From Leucoraja ocellata (lineage: Eukaryota): a DNA stretch of 64,000 nt. Below the pieces are notes generated by a model, which searched no databases, was not told the origin of the DNA, and saw only the letters and a program-made list of their open reading frames with translations. The stretch is taken from positions 434,001-498,000 of the forward strand of contig JAWMAR010000788.1 in assembly GCA_036785375.1 (NCBI GenBank). The letters are read 5' to 3'. The position numbers and the translations under genes are program-made. This document shows, in pieces, positions 12,419 through 25,508 of the stretch (its first letter is position 1; every line of letters starts with the position of its first letter).

Positions 12419-14077
12419 CTGTGAGAGAATAAATATTTCTCAGACCATAGCAATCCAAATTAGACTGTTGAGATAAAAGTATCCAAGCTACTGTGAATCA
12501 GTGGAGTTTCCATTCATGCTACACTAATGTACACCCATAGCAAAATGAACGCATGTAAACAGCAGAATCAAACAGAAAGGGGCACTGCCTGGCAGGTTAG
12601 TGTAGGCGAATACTGTAGTATTAAAACATGCTGGAAACAAATCAGGTCAGGCACCTTCTTAGAAAAGAGAGACATTTAAGGACAGAGACCTTTCACTCTG
12701 AGTAGTCAGGTTCACTGCATTTTTCTGAAACACAATAGTTGCGTCATTTCCAAGCAAGTTTGCAAAGATTGCTCCATGCATCGGAAATCTGTGCCCATTT
12801 CTGACAGGGAAGATTTTCCCAGGCTCAGAGGGGAGGAAGATTTAGAGGACAAGTCACAACAGGCCTTGTACAAAGCTGGAGAATTAGTATGCAGAGAAAC
12901 TAAACTGCCCGGATTATATGCACTCAAAGTAAAATAGGTCAGTGTTCATTTCTCTACAGTGTTGATGCCCAAATACCATAACTGTGCATGAGAATGATAG
13001 TTTTAGCTCATTGCTATATATTTAGTTTCATGTTAATGGATAGGTTTAGAATTTCAGGGTCATGATAACTTTCACAAAACTTCAATTTGCCTCAAATGAA
13101 CTCTCAACTGTTAAATGAGAGGTTGCCTGCAAAGTGTACTGTGCAAACTCATATGTACAATTACACCAAATTTAACAAAGATTGAATGCACACTTTCCTG
13201 GTGATTACTTGAATTTGCCTCTGATCGAGGCTTCATTATCAAAGAACAGCTTTCAGAAAAATGCAGGTGAAGTTGCACAGGGGACGTGAGAGCAAGAGAA
13301 AAAATAACTTTGAAAGGAATGAGTCAATTTCCAGAACAACCATTCAATTGGTTCGATTCACTGTTGCTGAATTTGACAAGCTGAACTATTGACAAGCTTC
13401 ATTATATTGTGACTGTTGCTGTACCAAACATTCATTATGTAAAGTGTGAGAACATTCTTCATGAACAATGCTTCTCAAAGATTCCCCGATTAGGACAATA
13501 AGTGAAATTGTAAAGGCATCTGGCTTGATCTCAAGTCTATGACGATCTCAACACAAATAGTGACTGGAGAATTAAAACTGGACAAAGTTTCTGCTCTTCA
13601 TCACTAGCCACTGAACCTTCATGCGAGTCTAAGTGTGCGTAGACAGATTATTAGTATCGTTTTGGTTTTTTTAATGCTCAGCAAAGTTCACTTTATTAGA
13701 TGCATATTTTTAACCAAATGTTTTTTCACCGTGTCCTGCAAATACTAATCTTTTTGTAGATGCTGATTTAAAGGCTCCAAAGAGCATTGTTGTGTTTCCT
13801 CTGCCCATGGCCTCCCGCGTGTCCCCCCCCCGAATTTAGCTGATCTTGCTGACTTCCATCATGAAACACAAGCTTGCCTGCCTCCAGAGCACTACGTCCA
13901 CAGACTCGTCTTCCCTCACCCTTTTATTTTACGATCTTGCCAACTGTGTCAAAATCGGGCACAAAAAATTGAAAAATCCGATTCATTGTTAGGAAAAGAA
14001 AAAAAAAAAGAAAGAATATCATGCCTGCTTGGAATAGACTATGCTTTGCTCCATGATACGGAAAATATGCTTTTTAC

Positions 14078-14184
14078 CTGTTTTTTAGTCTGTACATTTC
14101 TTGGTGGTGACTGGACAAGGGATGGAAATTGTGGCAGTGGTGGGGAATGCATCAGGAGCGGAGAAGACACATCTGCCATATGAG
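14078..14184 (-). CDS. BRD4: BRD4 exon 15 equivalent
   Basis: (A)HMADVSSPLLMHSPPLPQFPSLVQSPPRNVQTKKQ; CTCAG| and CAG|GTAAAA; 107 nt, phase 1 to 0. Confidence 0.92.
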
Positions 14185-14375
14185 CTGAGAAAAGAAAGCA
14201 AGAAAAATTAAAACCACAATTTTCCACCAAAGGAAATTTAATTAGCACTTTTTGTACCTTCAGAATTTCCCAAGAACTTTGCAACTTAAAAAAAAGTTGT
14301 CACTTTTTATGCACAGTTGTTAAGATCAGACATTTTTTCAAAGTAGTTAAGGGGTCAATATTTACCAGAAGAATG

Positions 14376-14720
14376 GGCTTTTGAAAGGCCTAGATGGAGT
14401 GGACGTGGAAAGGATGTTTCCATTAGTGGGAGAGTGCAGAACCACGTGGGAAAAGCCTCACAATAAAATCAAAATAAGTTTGGAATGAAGATGGAGGTAT
14501 TTCTTTAGCCAGAAGGTGGTGAACCCGTGGAATTCATTGCCACAGACGCCGTGGAGGCTGTAATTGGGCACTTCTAAAGCGGAGATTGATAGGTTCTTGA
14601 TTAGTAAAGGTGTCAAAGATTACAGGGAGAAGGCAGGAGAATGGGGTTGAGAGGGGAAAATGGATCGAATGGCGGAGTAGACTCAATGAGCCGAATGGCC
14701 TAATTCTTTCCAGTGCCTTA
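14376..14720 (+). mobile_element. CR1 LINE 3' fragment
   Basis: TTCTTTAGCCAGAAGGTGGTGAACCCGTGGAATTCATTGCCA (FSQKVVNPWNSLP) and 3' UTR GCCGAATGGCCTAATTCT. Confidence 0.8.
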
Positions 14721-15112
14721 TTCTCCAAATTCTTCAAAACAGTATCAAGAAATATTTTATGTTCATTTGAGTGAAAATGGAATGCTTAGAAAATTATTGT
14801 TTGATGAGTTTATCAAAAGGCGCATCATTGATTTTTTTTTAACTTAAAATTGAACTATTATTTCAATGATTTTTTTTCATTTCAAATACTACTTTACGAT
14901 TATGTATAGGCCTGTTTTGGACCAAACATTCTTTAGTTCTGGAACCAACTTGAATTTTTAGCTTTAAATTATTCGGAATAATCTTCACGATTTGTAAAAT
15001 CTTGCTTAACAAAATATTTCTCAGGAATTCATCCCTTTTGTAAATCAAGGATTATTTGATTTGCTGCATAAATGACAGAGTAAGAGACGGATGTTTTTTT
15101 AAGACTCCTTAC

Positions 15113-15694
15113 CTGTGGAGTAGGGATCAGGTTTTGGCTGCCGTGGGGAGTGGTGATGCTGAATGACTTGCTGGGGTTTCGCCTGCGGGGGAGGTTGGTG
15201 GGGAGGCTGCGGGTGCTGGATGTGTGGTGGAAACTGCATGGGTTGCATGTGAAGTGGCCTTGGCTGCTGCTGCTGCTGTTGCTGTTGTACCTGCTGTTGG
15301 GAGAGAGGCTGAGGCTGGGGATGTGTCACAGCCTGAGTGTGGGGTGGAGGCTGGGGCTGCGCGTGAGATACCTGGGGTTGGCTGAGGATGGTCTGGGGCA
15401 GTGGCTGGGGCAGGGACGCAGTCTGGACCGTTGAGAGAAGCGGGGTGTGACTCTGGGCCTTTTGCAGCTGTTGCAGATACAGGTGCATCTGAGAAGCATG
15501 TAGGGGGATCGAGAGATGAGATGGTAGTTCTTCCTCTTCTAGAATAGCTGGCGGCTGAGTCATCTGTGGGGGCTGTAATATAGGCTGTGGGACCATGGGC
15601 GGGGACTGTGCAAGAGGACGAGGCTGTTTGGGAGGTAATGGTGCCGCTTTACCACTGGGTCTGGATGGCTGTTGAGGCAAACTACTGTGCAAGG
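15113..15694 (-). CDS. BRD4: BRD4 exon 14 equivalent: Pro/Gln-rich IDR
   Basis: (A)[22 protein letters not shown]...[20 protein letters not shown]; TTTTAG| and G|GTAAGG; 582 nt, phase 1 to 1. Confidence 0.95.
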
Positions 15695-15809
15695 CTAAAA
15701 AAAAAAGAAAACAAAATGATATTAACTTTCAACATATAGCAGAACGTTGCAAGGCAAATATTGATATGTACAGCCAAACCGCACACCTATAGTCAGTGCT
15801 TAGATCACA

Positions 15810-16370
15810 AGGAAGTACAATGCTGGAATTGTAAAGAAAACACACAGTGTTAGAGTAACTCAGTGGGTCAGGTAGCATCTCTGGAGTGGATAAATAAATC
15901 ACATTTTAGGTGTGGATGTCTGAAGAAGGGCCCCGACTGGAAAAAGAGTCTGAAGGAGAGTTCCAACCCGAGATATCGCCTATCCATGTCCTTTCATTTT
16001 TATTATTTATTGAACTTTTTTTTTGTCAATTTCTTGTGTTATCTATTGAGTACTGCATTTACAAAGCTGTTACAAAGGGAGTTAGATGTGGCCCTTGTGG
16101 CTAAGGGGATCAGGGGGTATGGAAAGAAGGCAGGTACGGGATACTGAGTTGGATGATCAGCCATGATCATATTGAATGGCGGTGCAGGCTCGAAGGGCCG
16201 AATGGCCTACTCCTGCACCTAATTTCTATGTTTCTATGTTATGGTGTTGATGCACGTAAGAATTTAATTGTTCCGTTTAAGGGTCATATTACAATAAAAC
16301 ACTTAAATAGAGCTCTCTTAATTGACTATCAGATGCCACCTAGCCCGCTGAATTATTCCAGTGCTTTTAA
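15810..16370. mobile_element. Nested cluster: Penelope-derived fold-back element interrupted by a Rex1-like 3' tail (about 15992-16310), itself interrupted by a CR1 3' end (about 16072-16238)
   Basis: PLE arm stops near 15990 and resumes near 16330; the middle tail matches 47940-48050; the CR1 piece ends GAAGGGCCGAATGGCCTACTCCTGCACCTAATTTCTATGTTTCTATG. Confidence 0.7.
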
Positions 16371-17312
16371 TATAGACAAAAAGATCCTGGTACTCGTATA
16401 ACAGTTCACGCAAAGATATTGGCTGCTGTACATCACTTGAAACTTTTTAGAGATGCTGGTATGCCATACAGTCACTAAACAAAAAGCACTGCCTAGTCAT
16501 CATCCTATAGTGTCTTCATTTTCTCCTCTTATTATTATTTGCTCCTGAAATATTGGCACCTTCACTTTTCAATTTTAAAACTGTATTCCAATCATTGACA
16601 CTATTTCACCACAAGGCAAGAATGATTTCTTGACCAGCACAAAATATACCCATCACCAGCAGTACACATCCCCATCCCCTCACCCCAACATTTGCAATCA
16701 AATATTTGGAAGATGGCATGCACCATTTGCATTTCCTCAACCATTTTACACACCCCGACAAAACTAAACCCTTTTTATTCAACTCTATGGGGTTTCTCTT
16801 TATTTGCTAAAAGGTTTTCCATCATTACCACTCCATCCATTTTGCAAGCCACGCCAACAGCAGAATGAAATATTAATAAGTACATCTCTTTATGCGTTTG
16901 GGAATTTGGCTGGTCTTGGTGAATGGCAATGAGATACAGCAGGATGGTAGACAGAAGGGAAGGATGGAGGTCCAACATTACAGTAACAATTATTCAATAC
17001 ACTTGCGGACACCACAAGATACTTTAAATCTTGTGATCTTCCAAGCAGAGTACATGGTATAAAGATTAAGACAAAAAATTAGATGCTGAAATCTTAAGAA
17101 AAAATCAAATGCTTTTGGAACTCAGTAGATTAGGCAGCATTCACTTTTGACCAGTTGGATTCCTCCAGCATTGTGTGTGGTTTACTCAGAATAAACATTA
17201 TCCAGCATATCATTTCAGTAAAATCTAGAGGAAAAATTAATATTCTATACAATTTCCAAAAGGTTTCTCAGATGCTTGACCTCACTACAAGGCTGTGATG
17301 CTAGCCACACAC

Positions 17313-17553
17313 CTGGTGGAGACACCACTGAATGCTGGGTGAGGTGAGGGGGCGAATGCTGTTCGGGTGGTGGCGGCAAATGCGTCTGCAGCTCGCTTTG
17401 GTGAGGAAGGTGCATTATGGGCTGTCCAAAGTGCGGCATGGCATCATAGGCATTGGTCAATATCTGTGGCTCCATGATTGGAAGGGGAGTAGGTATAAAC
17501 TGTGGAGGTGATTGCTTCATCGGCTGTGGAAGCTGATGGTGGTGGTGATGTTG
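17313..17553 (-). CDS. BRD4: BRD4 exon 13 equivalent: poly-His/Pro-rich IDR
   Basis: QHHHHHQLPQPMKQSPPQFIPT...HLTQHSVVSPP; strong pyrimidine tract plus CAG|, donor G|GTGTGT; 241 nt, phase 0 to 1. Confidence 0.92.
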
Positions 17554-19877
17554 CTGCAGAGAAAAAGATAAAAATTCATTAAAGTTAAGTTTTTGTTTTA
17601 AAAAACACATGCTATTTTAATGTATGCATTTGGATTTATGCTGTATGCATTTTCCTAACATTTCTTTTCTAATTTCCTTGCCAATTTTCTCTTGAACCTT
17701 CCATTATTTGGAACTAATTTTCACCGTCCACAGAGCCAGTTTTCGGCACACTCAAGTGATCCAGAAAGCACAACCTCACTCCAGTTTTTCCAACTCTTCC
17801 AGCTTCTAAAGCAGATAGAACTGGCCTCCATCTTCACAACTAAAATAATGAACCAGGAGTGACCAAAAGCCAGAAGAATCAGATTGACTTCTACCCAATT
17901 CTAACAGTCTAGTGCAAAATACTATTCCACAACCTTACATGGTCAGACCATTGTGAACTGCATGCTGAGACATTGCTACAGACAGAATTGACAGAATTAT
18001 ATTGGAAAAGCAGTCTGAAACTCAGTTATAAAAATTAACTAGAACTTGAGCCACTGTGACAATGACATTAATTTTCTCCCTTCTGGTCTAGGATGTTGTG
18101 AGAAGAGAGAAAATATCTCAGAGTTTATGTTCTTAATCAACATCCTTCAGGAAAGAGGAAGGGAAAATGTGTTAGGTTGGGAAGGAAAGAAGCTGTTGAC
18201 TCAGTAGAGAAGATTCTTAACACCTGTCCAACGTAGGAATCATTGAGTAACAACATGCAAAATAATATTTCACTGTGCTACTATTTCCATCCATCTCCTG
18301 TCAACCCATCCCACCACTCTTCAATCAAAGTACCAATTGGACAGGTCTTGCACAGCTAACACTAAATGAAACATTCCCAATTAAATTCAGGAGTACAGAG
18401 AACCACTCATCAGCTAGCAGTTTCTGCCAGTCTGTTGAATTTCCTACAGCAATGAATTAACTGCACAGGATCCAAATGTCAGGAGTTTGTGAGACCCTCA
18501 TGCAGTAATAAAATCATTCTTAAGAAGAAGAAAAGGAGCACCTAGCTCTCAGTCGAGTCGTCGACTGGAAATATTACGGTATTGAACGTATTATAATGGA
18601 ACTTTTAAAATCAAACCTTTACAATACATTTTATGGCTACGATACATTCCACCAGATCTCTACAATGATAACTACAGGAGTGATTCTTAACTTTGTGCAC
18701 AGAAGATGTAGTAGTGATCGCATTAGGCAGTTTAAAAATGTTATAAGAATTTCATAAGGTAAATATAGAGAAGTAATTCTGCTGCAGTAATCAAGAACCT
18801 GGAGGTATTTGTTAACAGTGAAAGCGAGGCCATTTAAGAGGTATTTTTAAAGGGCTGCTAAAACTAGTAACGCTTCCCCTGAAGACTTCTGGGGAGGGGG
18901 TGGGCTTGGAGCTCTGGGGACTAAGATTAACAAAGGTTATTGTGGATAAGAGCAATAAGAAAATGTCTAAGCAAACAATTTCTATTCTGACCTAAATAAA
19001 TGACAGCACAAAAGAATGCAAGCAATGCAATTTCAAAATGTCTGAATTATGGATTTTGGATAGAATTGAAAAATGCCAACGGTAAAAACTTGGGATATCT
19101 CAAACATGTTTATTTGAAGCTTTATTTGGAAAATTAAATTGAGCTTCACCTTTGGCCATGGTACAAATAGCAAACGCTTTCTCAGCAAATTATCATTAAT
19201 TTCAATTTTTTGCTATTTTTTCTGTTGGAGGGAGACAACTTTCTTCCCAAATACAAAGCTGCACTCTCAGCCCAGTGTTTTCCATTATTTTCTACCATTT
19301 AGTTTCTGCATCATTAATGGCTCAAGCTAAAAAAAAAGGTTTACAACCAGTTCAAAAGGACATCAAGGAGAACTGGGCGGTGTATAGGAAGGAATGAAGG
19401 AAGCTCCAGTAAAAAATCTACTAATTAGCCAAGCAGAGGTTGCTGAGATTATCAGCAGTGTCTGGGAGAAATTTATCTGGGATCTTTCAAGGTCTCAAGC
19501 TGTGCAGCTATTTCCTGCTGGTCAAAAGTTACAAACCTTCTTATTGTTGCTTAGGCAGAAAGGCAAATGGCTGGATCATGCTCTTAATGCCCTCCATCCA
19601 GACATATATCAACACAAAACACTTTTCAGGAAACTTGCAAATACAGTTTTAAAATAAATTAAGTTGTGTTGGTTGGTTGTCTTTCAAATAAAACAGGTCA
19701 AGGTTGCAGAATCATTAACATGCTGGGACAGGAGAGGTGGAGAAAAGAAATACCAGAGGAAGGAGTTCGAAATATGTTTAGTTTCTTTTAAGCAGCAAAT
19801 GAAGAAATGCTCAAAACCCAAGCCACCCCCACCAGTAAACAAACAGCACAGTGTCTCAGACCAATGTTCATTCCTAC

Positions 19878-19939
19878 CTTCTTTTGCTCCCGTCCAGAGC
19901 GACTCTTGTGGCTGCCATGTTTGGTTTTAGGTGGCACCT
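19878..19939 (-). CDS. BRD4: BRD4 exon 12 equivalent (first long-isoform-specific exon)
   Basis: (E)VPPKTKHGSHKSRSGREQKK versus human EMAPKSKKKGHPGREQKK; acceptor CTGCAG|, donor AAG|GTAGGA; 62 nt, phase 1 to 0. Confidence 0.92.
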
Positions 19940-20964
19940 CTGCAGAAGAGAGTTGAAATTGAGATGTGCTGCCTGATGGACAACTAAATCTAAACTATAC
20001 TATACACACAAGCGCTCCAGGTGATGACTTAAATAACTCTAACAGAGGACCTCCTTGCAGCAAAGCAGGGCAGGAGTTGTGTTTGCAACAAAATATATCT
20101 ACAGGTTTTTGTTGTAGATTGTGAATTGTATTTTTAAAACAGCTGTTGGTTAAGTATTTTCATCTATTTCCTTTGTTTTCTCATCTTTTCATCTGAACCC
20201 CAAAGGAGAGGCATATAATATGTTATTAACTGCCAGTTTTTGACCAGTTGAAGATTTTACCAGGAGATCCGTATTATGTTTCCATGCCCTTGCACATTCA
20301 TTTCCAGTTTGCCCATAGCATTTCACTGGAGACAATTGTCTGATCACAGAAATGGCTACAACTGAAGATTGAATTTGTACTTCTTGATCAAGTATATCCT
20401 TGTCATTTGATGGTGCCCCTGCCGAATAAAGTCATCTATATCTCCATTAATCACAGGCAACTCATTTCTAGGTTGTTCAAACTAATGGCACAGAGTGGAT
20501 CATAGTGGTTCATCTGCCATTTCCCCCCTACAATGAGGAACTGGTTGGTTTCAAACAACATGCATCTATTGTTCAATAGACGCTCTGTAATAAGATGAGC
20601 CTACTGCCCCATGCCTTTAAGTTTGACTTAACCAGTCACCTTAACCCCCACTGAAACTTAATCAAGGTAAAGCCGGCAATTATACAACTTCAATTCACAA
20701 CATGAACAGTATTTTATAAGAGCATGAAATAGGCATTAAGGCACTGTATCTGGTTAACTATATTTTTCATTGCTTTCTTCCAGATGCTGATCAAATGAAT
20801 ATGCAAAAGTTAATGTCCCTTGGCACATTACTGTTTATTTAATATTTCCATTTACAAGGTAAGTAGTACATCATATTGCACTGCAGATTAATAGAATCGT
20901 AATTAAACCAATTGCTTGTATCACATCACAGGTTTCAAGTGCAAACTCAATTCATATTGTATAC

Positions 20965-21578
20965 AGAAGGTTGGCCCACATGGGTTAAAGCAGTCCCCAG
21001 AAGTTTACAATAGGGAGGGATAGGGGTCAGAGAGGGATAGGGGTCAGAGAGGGATAGGGGGCAGAGAGTGAGTGTCCCCTCCCCACTGTGCTTGTCCGCG
21101 CCCGCGCTGCAATAACGACCGCCACCACCATGTTGTAGAACGTCAAGGAGCCCAGCGGAGTGTGCAGCACGACTTGAGCACGTGTTCAACGGCATCAATC
21201 CACAGCCCGGGGTGGGGGGGGGGAGGGGGGGGGGGGGTGGGGCTGGTCCATGTTTCTCACAGCTCGTGGAAAACAGTGAGGCTGAGCGTTGAAAATTCTG
21301 AGCAGCTTGCCGCGAGGAGCAGAGGCATTGTGACGTCACCCAGCTCGCTTCAGCACGTTAGATTTAAAAAAATGTCAGATTGGTGAACAATTTTAGTGAA
21401 AAACTCAGGAAGTAATTAATCAAATTTTCAGATGAGGCGATTTTTGAAACCACGAGGTAAATCTCCACCGGAATATGTAAAAATTTCACCCTCACCGCGT
21501 CGGGTTTTGGAGGAGATGTGAATCAAAGAAAAAGCTCAAGCAAGCAAACACAAGATCAAGATCTATAATAATATAGAT
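20965..21578 (+). mobile_element. Probable non-autonomous Helentron/HINE-like element
   Basis: CpG-rich block in an AT-rich intron; 5' hairpin TTGGCCCACATGGGTTAA; 17-bp unit x3; 3' end GGTTTTGGAGGAGAT...TATAATAATATAGAT, recalled as typical of DINE-1/HINE-type ends. Confidence 0.45.
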
Positions 21579-22969
21579 ACACACACACACCGAACAAAAC
21601 TAAGCAGAGGGTGGTAATTTATTTAAGTGCTTTATCTACGCTGCCAAATGCGACACCAAATATCAAAAGATGCAATCACCTCCATCCCACCTACATCAAT
21701 TTCCTCTTTACATTAGCAGACCATGTTAAAATATTTGGGGAAAGCATTTTTGACCATGAATACTTGTTACAATAGATAAGTATAAAACAGGTACAATAGC
21801 CAATCCTGAGCTTATTGCAATTACTTTCAATTTCCAAGAACATGCATGGATGAAAAATATTTCCAGATGGTAAATACCATCTTGTGATGTATATTCTTAA
21901 GTTCAAAGCAACAATTTACAGCTTTCTCTTACAAATTTAACCAAGTATCTTATTTGAACATACTTCTATGAAGCTTAATGAGAAACATATTGGACAACGC
22001 TCAAGGGTTGTGTTAGAAAATATGGCAAAAGATTAATCAAAGATTCAGCTTTTAAATGCAGGGTGCAAGGGAAGTAACTGGTTTAGGAAGGACGTCTGGA
22101 TATTAAGCCTCTGACAACTTGGAAGCCAAAGGGAATGGAAAAGCAGCCAAATTTAAGGAACAGAGATGTTAAACATAGTTTTGGTAGTTAACTCAAAGCA
22201 GACTGTCATTTTACAACAGACCATGGATGCAGTTTCTCATATTAATCACCTTTTCACTAAATAAATAAATATTAACAACTCTTTAATGGCTGAGATTTTC
22301 ACAGGCATCTTGCTTGATGAACTAGCAAAATCTGAAGTATTCCATTAGTCTGTGACTTGTTCAGATTATAGGATCATGACCAACTTCCATTTTGTGGAAG
22401 CGAAAAGTGAATACACAATTTCTATATTACGCCATGACAATACTTCAAGGATACTTGATGAGGTACTTTAGGACACCATGAAACTAACCCAAGAGGTGTC
22501 ATATAAATGCAAACCTGTTTTTATTTAAATATATTTTGACAACACAAAGGTCTAAATTTTCAAAAAATGTTGTTTTCAACCTCGGGCCTCTTTCTTCTAC
22601 AAATGGATGGGGGAAATGTAACAAGTGTATCAGGAAATGGTGAAGTGGAGCCAGGGTGTTGATGTCCAATGAGAGGGGGAAAAAGAATCAGGCAAGAATA
22701 AAATAAGATATTGAGGAAAAGAGCAAAATAATATACAGCTGGAAACCTTTGGTACACAAAACACCCAGTCAATGTCTATATTCCTTCTTAAACACTCTAT
22801 ATTCAGGATAATGGCTTCATTGAACTTCCAGATTGAAAAGATAATTACAAATGAGAAATTTATATTGTCCACGTTAAGACCTACATGGTTCTAATATAGG
22901 AACATCTGGATTGTCCAAAATGCAATATCAACATGATTGTATGCAGCCTCTGCTGGCAATAAGATTCTG

Positions 22970-23215
22970 ACAGACCTGGACAGACTTTAAGATGCAATCC
23001 CTGGTAGAGATGTGTCGGATCAGGTGCATTTATTTAAAGATGAGGGTAATTATTTCAAATCAGAATTGGAGGAAGAAGAATTGCTTTGGCAGGTTTGCAA
23101 ATTAGGGGAATTCTTTATCTAAGAGCTGTAGGTGCGGATTCATTATATATATTCAAGACCAGTAACAGGCTTATGTGAACATGAAGGAAAAAAGGAGTGA
23201 TGGCCAAACGGCAGA
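22970..23215 (+). mobile_element. Old CR1 fragment
   Basis: Degenerate CR1 ORF2 end (GGGAATTCTTTATCTAAGAGCTGTAGGTGC...ATTCAAGAC). Confidence 0.45.
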
Positions 23216-24559
23216 TTGTCTGTAATTAATACTTTAAAGTATACTCGTCGTTTTGTGACAAATAACAAAATATTTAATATCAGAAGCCGATTAAGAGAGA
23301 AAATAGTCAACAGGCCGAGAGGTTTAAAGAGGGAACTTCAGTGTGTGGCCCTTTGGAAGCTGAAAGCACAGACAATAATGGAGAACGGTCTAGTTGAAGG
23401 AATTTGGGGAAAGTAAATATACTGGAGCACTGCAAAATCAGAGATCAAGGATTAGGGAGATACAAAGCTATTGCTTTTATTGCCATAATCAAAAGGCAGT
23501 GAACTGAGTTAACAGATGGGCAAGAAAGATGGAACAAGACTGCGTGGGAATAGTCAAATCACATGGTAACAAAAAATTATTGGAGGGTTTTGCTAACAAG
23601 CAGAGATAGACTTACTCTGGCAAAGTTCCCAAATTTAAACAGAAGTCGAGCTGGATGCTTTTCTTAGTCAAATATGACACTATGATTATGAATGATCTGG
23701 TTCAGTTACAGGAAGGTAAATGGAAGCAGTAGCTAGGCTTATTTGAATGGAGGGAATTGCGGCTCATTTAAAACTCATGTCAAACAAAGCATTGCAACTT
23801 AAGTCAGTGGAAGGTCAAAAATGGTGAAGTGGCATTTCGACTATTCTTGCCATTCCTAAGTTGTCTTTCTTCACAGGAAATTCATACATACCCATCATAA
23901 ATTGGGATTAAGATGAGTTGAAATGAGCTGTCTGTTTCTGACTTGTTTTCTTGGGTGAAATTCAATCATTGTTCTAATGCCTAAATCTAATCTTCCATTT
24001 GTTTTTTTTATTGAATGCGCTCAAATGGTAGAATCTTGGAAAGATATGCGAGCTAAATAATAAATTCTACAAGAAACAGTCAATAAGAGTGAAATCATGA
24101 AGGTGAAAAGTGAATGTCACACCATATGGTGTTTGATGGTCAGCAGCGACTCCATATACCGAAAGGCCTATATCCTTGCTGTATCTCCCTGTAAATCCAT
24201 GACCATGCAAACAAAGCCTACAAAAAATAAGCAACGTTAAAGTGTCGATTTTTAATTAAATGACAGTATTTCCCTACGTATTATAGGGACGGGTGTGTAA
24301 GGCATTGAGATTTTGGATAGCAATCAGTCTTGAACTTTCATTAATAAACCTGAGGTGCTTATTTATGAGGTCCATTATTTTCTTGCCATTGCTTTCTAAT
24401 TTCAATTATCTTTTATGATAAGACCGGACATACTTAAATCTAGCTCAAGTACAATACCAATGCTAACTGGCATCCTTTCCACTTCCAAACCACTGCTCTA
24501 ATCATTTAGAACAAACTGCACACTAATAGGGTTGCATCAGTCTCCACTATTGTTTCTGT

Positions 24560-25320
24560 ACCCAGAAAAACAAGGATGACTGGTCTTAATGACTACAAGC
24601 CTGTCACACTGACCTCTGAAATCATGAGAACCCTTGAAAGACTTGTGCTGGTCGACCTGAAAAGTATCACAAACCCCCTGTTGGATAAATAGATCATAGA
24701 AGCATACATATGACCATGGCTGATAATCCAAAATCAGTACCCCATTCCTGCTTTTTCCCCATATCCAGAGCTGCCAAGTTTTGTCAGAGCATTTCAGTAT
24801 TCTAACACCTGAAAATCAGTATTTTGCTGAGGAAATCAGTATTTTTACGCGGTATCATTTTGCTGAAAAAAAGGGTTATTTTTTAATGTGCAGTCATACC
24901 CATGTAAGAGTACAAGAATGCATAACTTTGCTACCAATTGACAGGTCTTCTACGCACCTTACTTGACAGTGCATTCATTGCCATCTCTTTGTATACTGCT
25001 GTTTGAACAGCTGCTTCCTACTTTTAGCACCAGATGATGATGTAGAAGCCATTTTGGAAGCCTCCCTCTCCCCTCTCTTTCCCTCCCTCTCCCTCCTTCA
25101 TTGTTTTCTCCCTCCCTCTCCTAACAGTCTGTGACCCATAGCACTGTGGCCACAGACTATGTGTAAAGACAATAGCGCTCCAACTGGGAGTTCTATTTTT
25201 AGAACCCATAGCGCTGTTCATTTAAAGTCCCACGCGTTAAAACCTGGAGCGGGACAGGCAGATCAAAGCTTACAAAAATAATCATCCAGATCTTGAAATT
25301 TAAAATATTAATAGATCTGC
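24560..25320. mobile_element. Compound repeat block: Rex1 RT fragment, inverted CR1 3' end and an unclassified DNA-transposon-like end
   Basis: 24560-24690 matches 28860-28990; 24690-24765 is a reverse CR1 tail; CAGAGCTGCCAAG terminus at 24766 is followed by TCAGTATT subterminal repeats. Confidence 0.45.
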
Positions 25321-25339
25321 TATAATTTTTGGAGGTACA

Positions 25340-25508
25340 GTACAAACCTGTATGTCTTTGGAGTGCGGGAGGAAACTGAAGATCTTGGAGAAAACCCATG
25401 CAGGTCACAGGGAGAACGTACAACTCCTTACAGACAGCTCCCATAGTCGGAACCCAGGTCTCCAGCGCTGTATGGCAGCAACTCTACCGCTGTGCCACCG
25501 TGCTGCCC
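25340..25508 (-). mobile_element. V-SINE 5' half
   Basis: Reverse complement of GGGCAGCACGGTGGCACAGCGGTAGAGTTGCTGCC (A box) plus V domain. Confidence 0.8.

Noticed and set aside
15150-15434. Plus-strand Leu-rich ORFs opposite BRD4 exons (also 10461-10673, 11494-11799, 59056-59292)
   Set aside because: Antisense shadows of low-complexity coding exons
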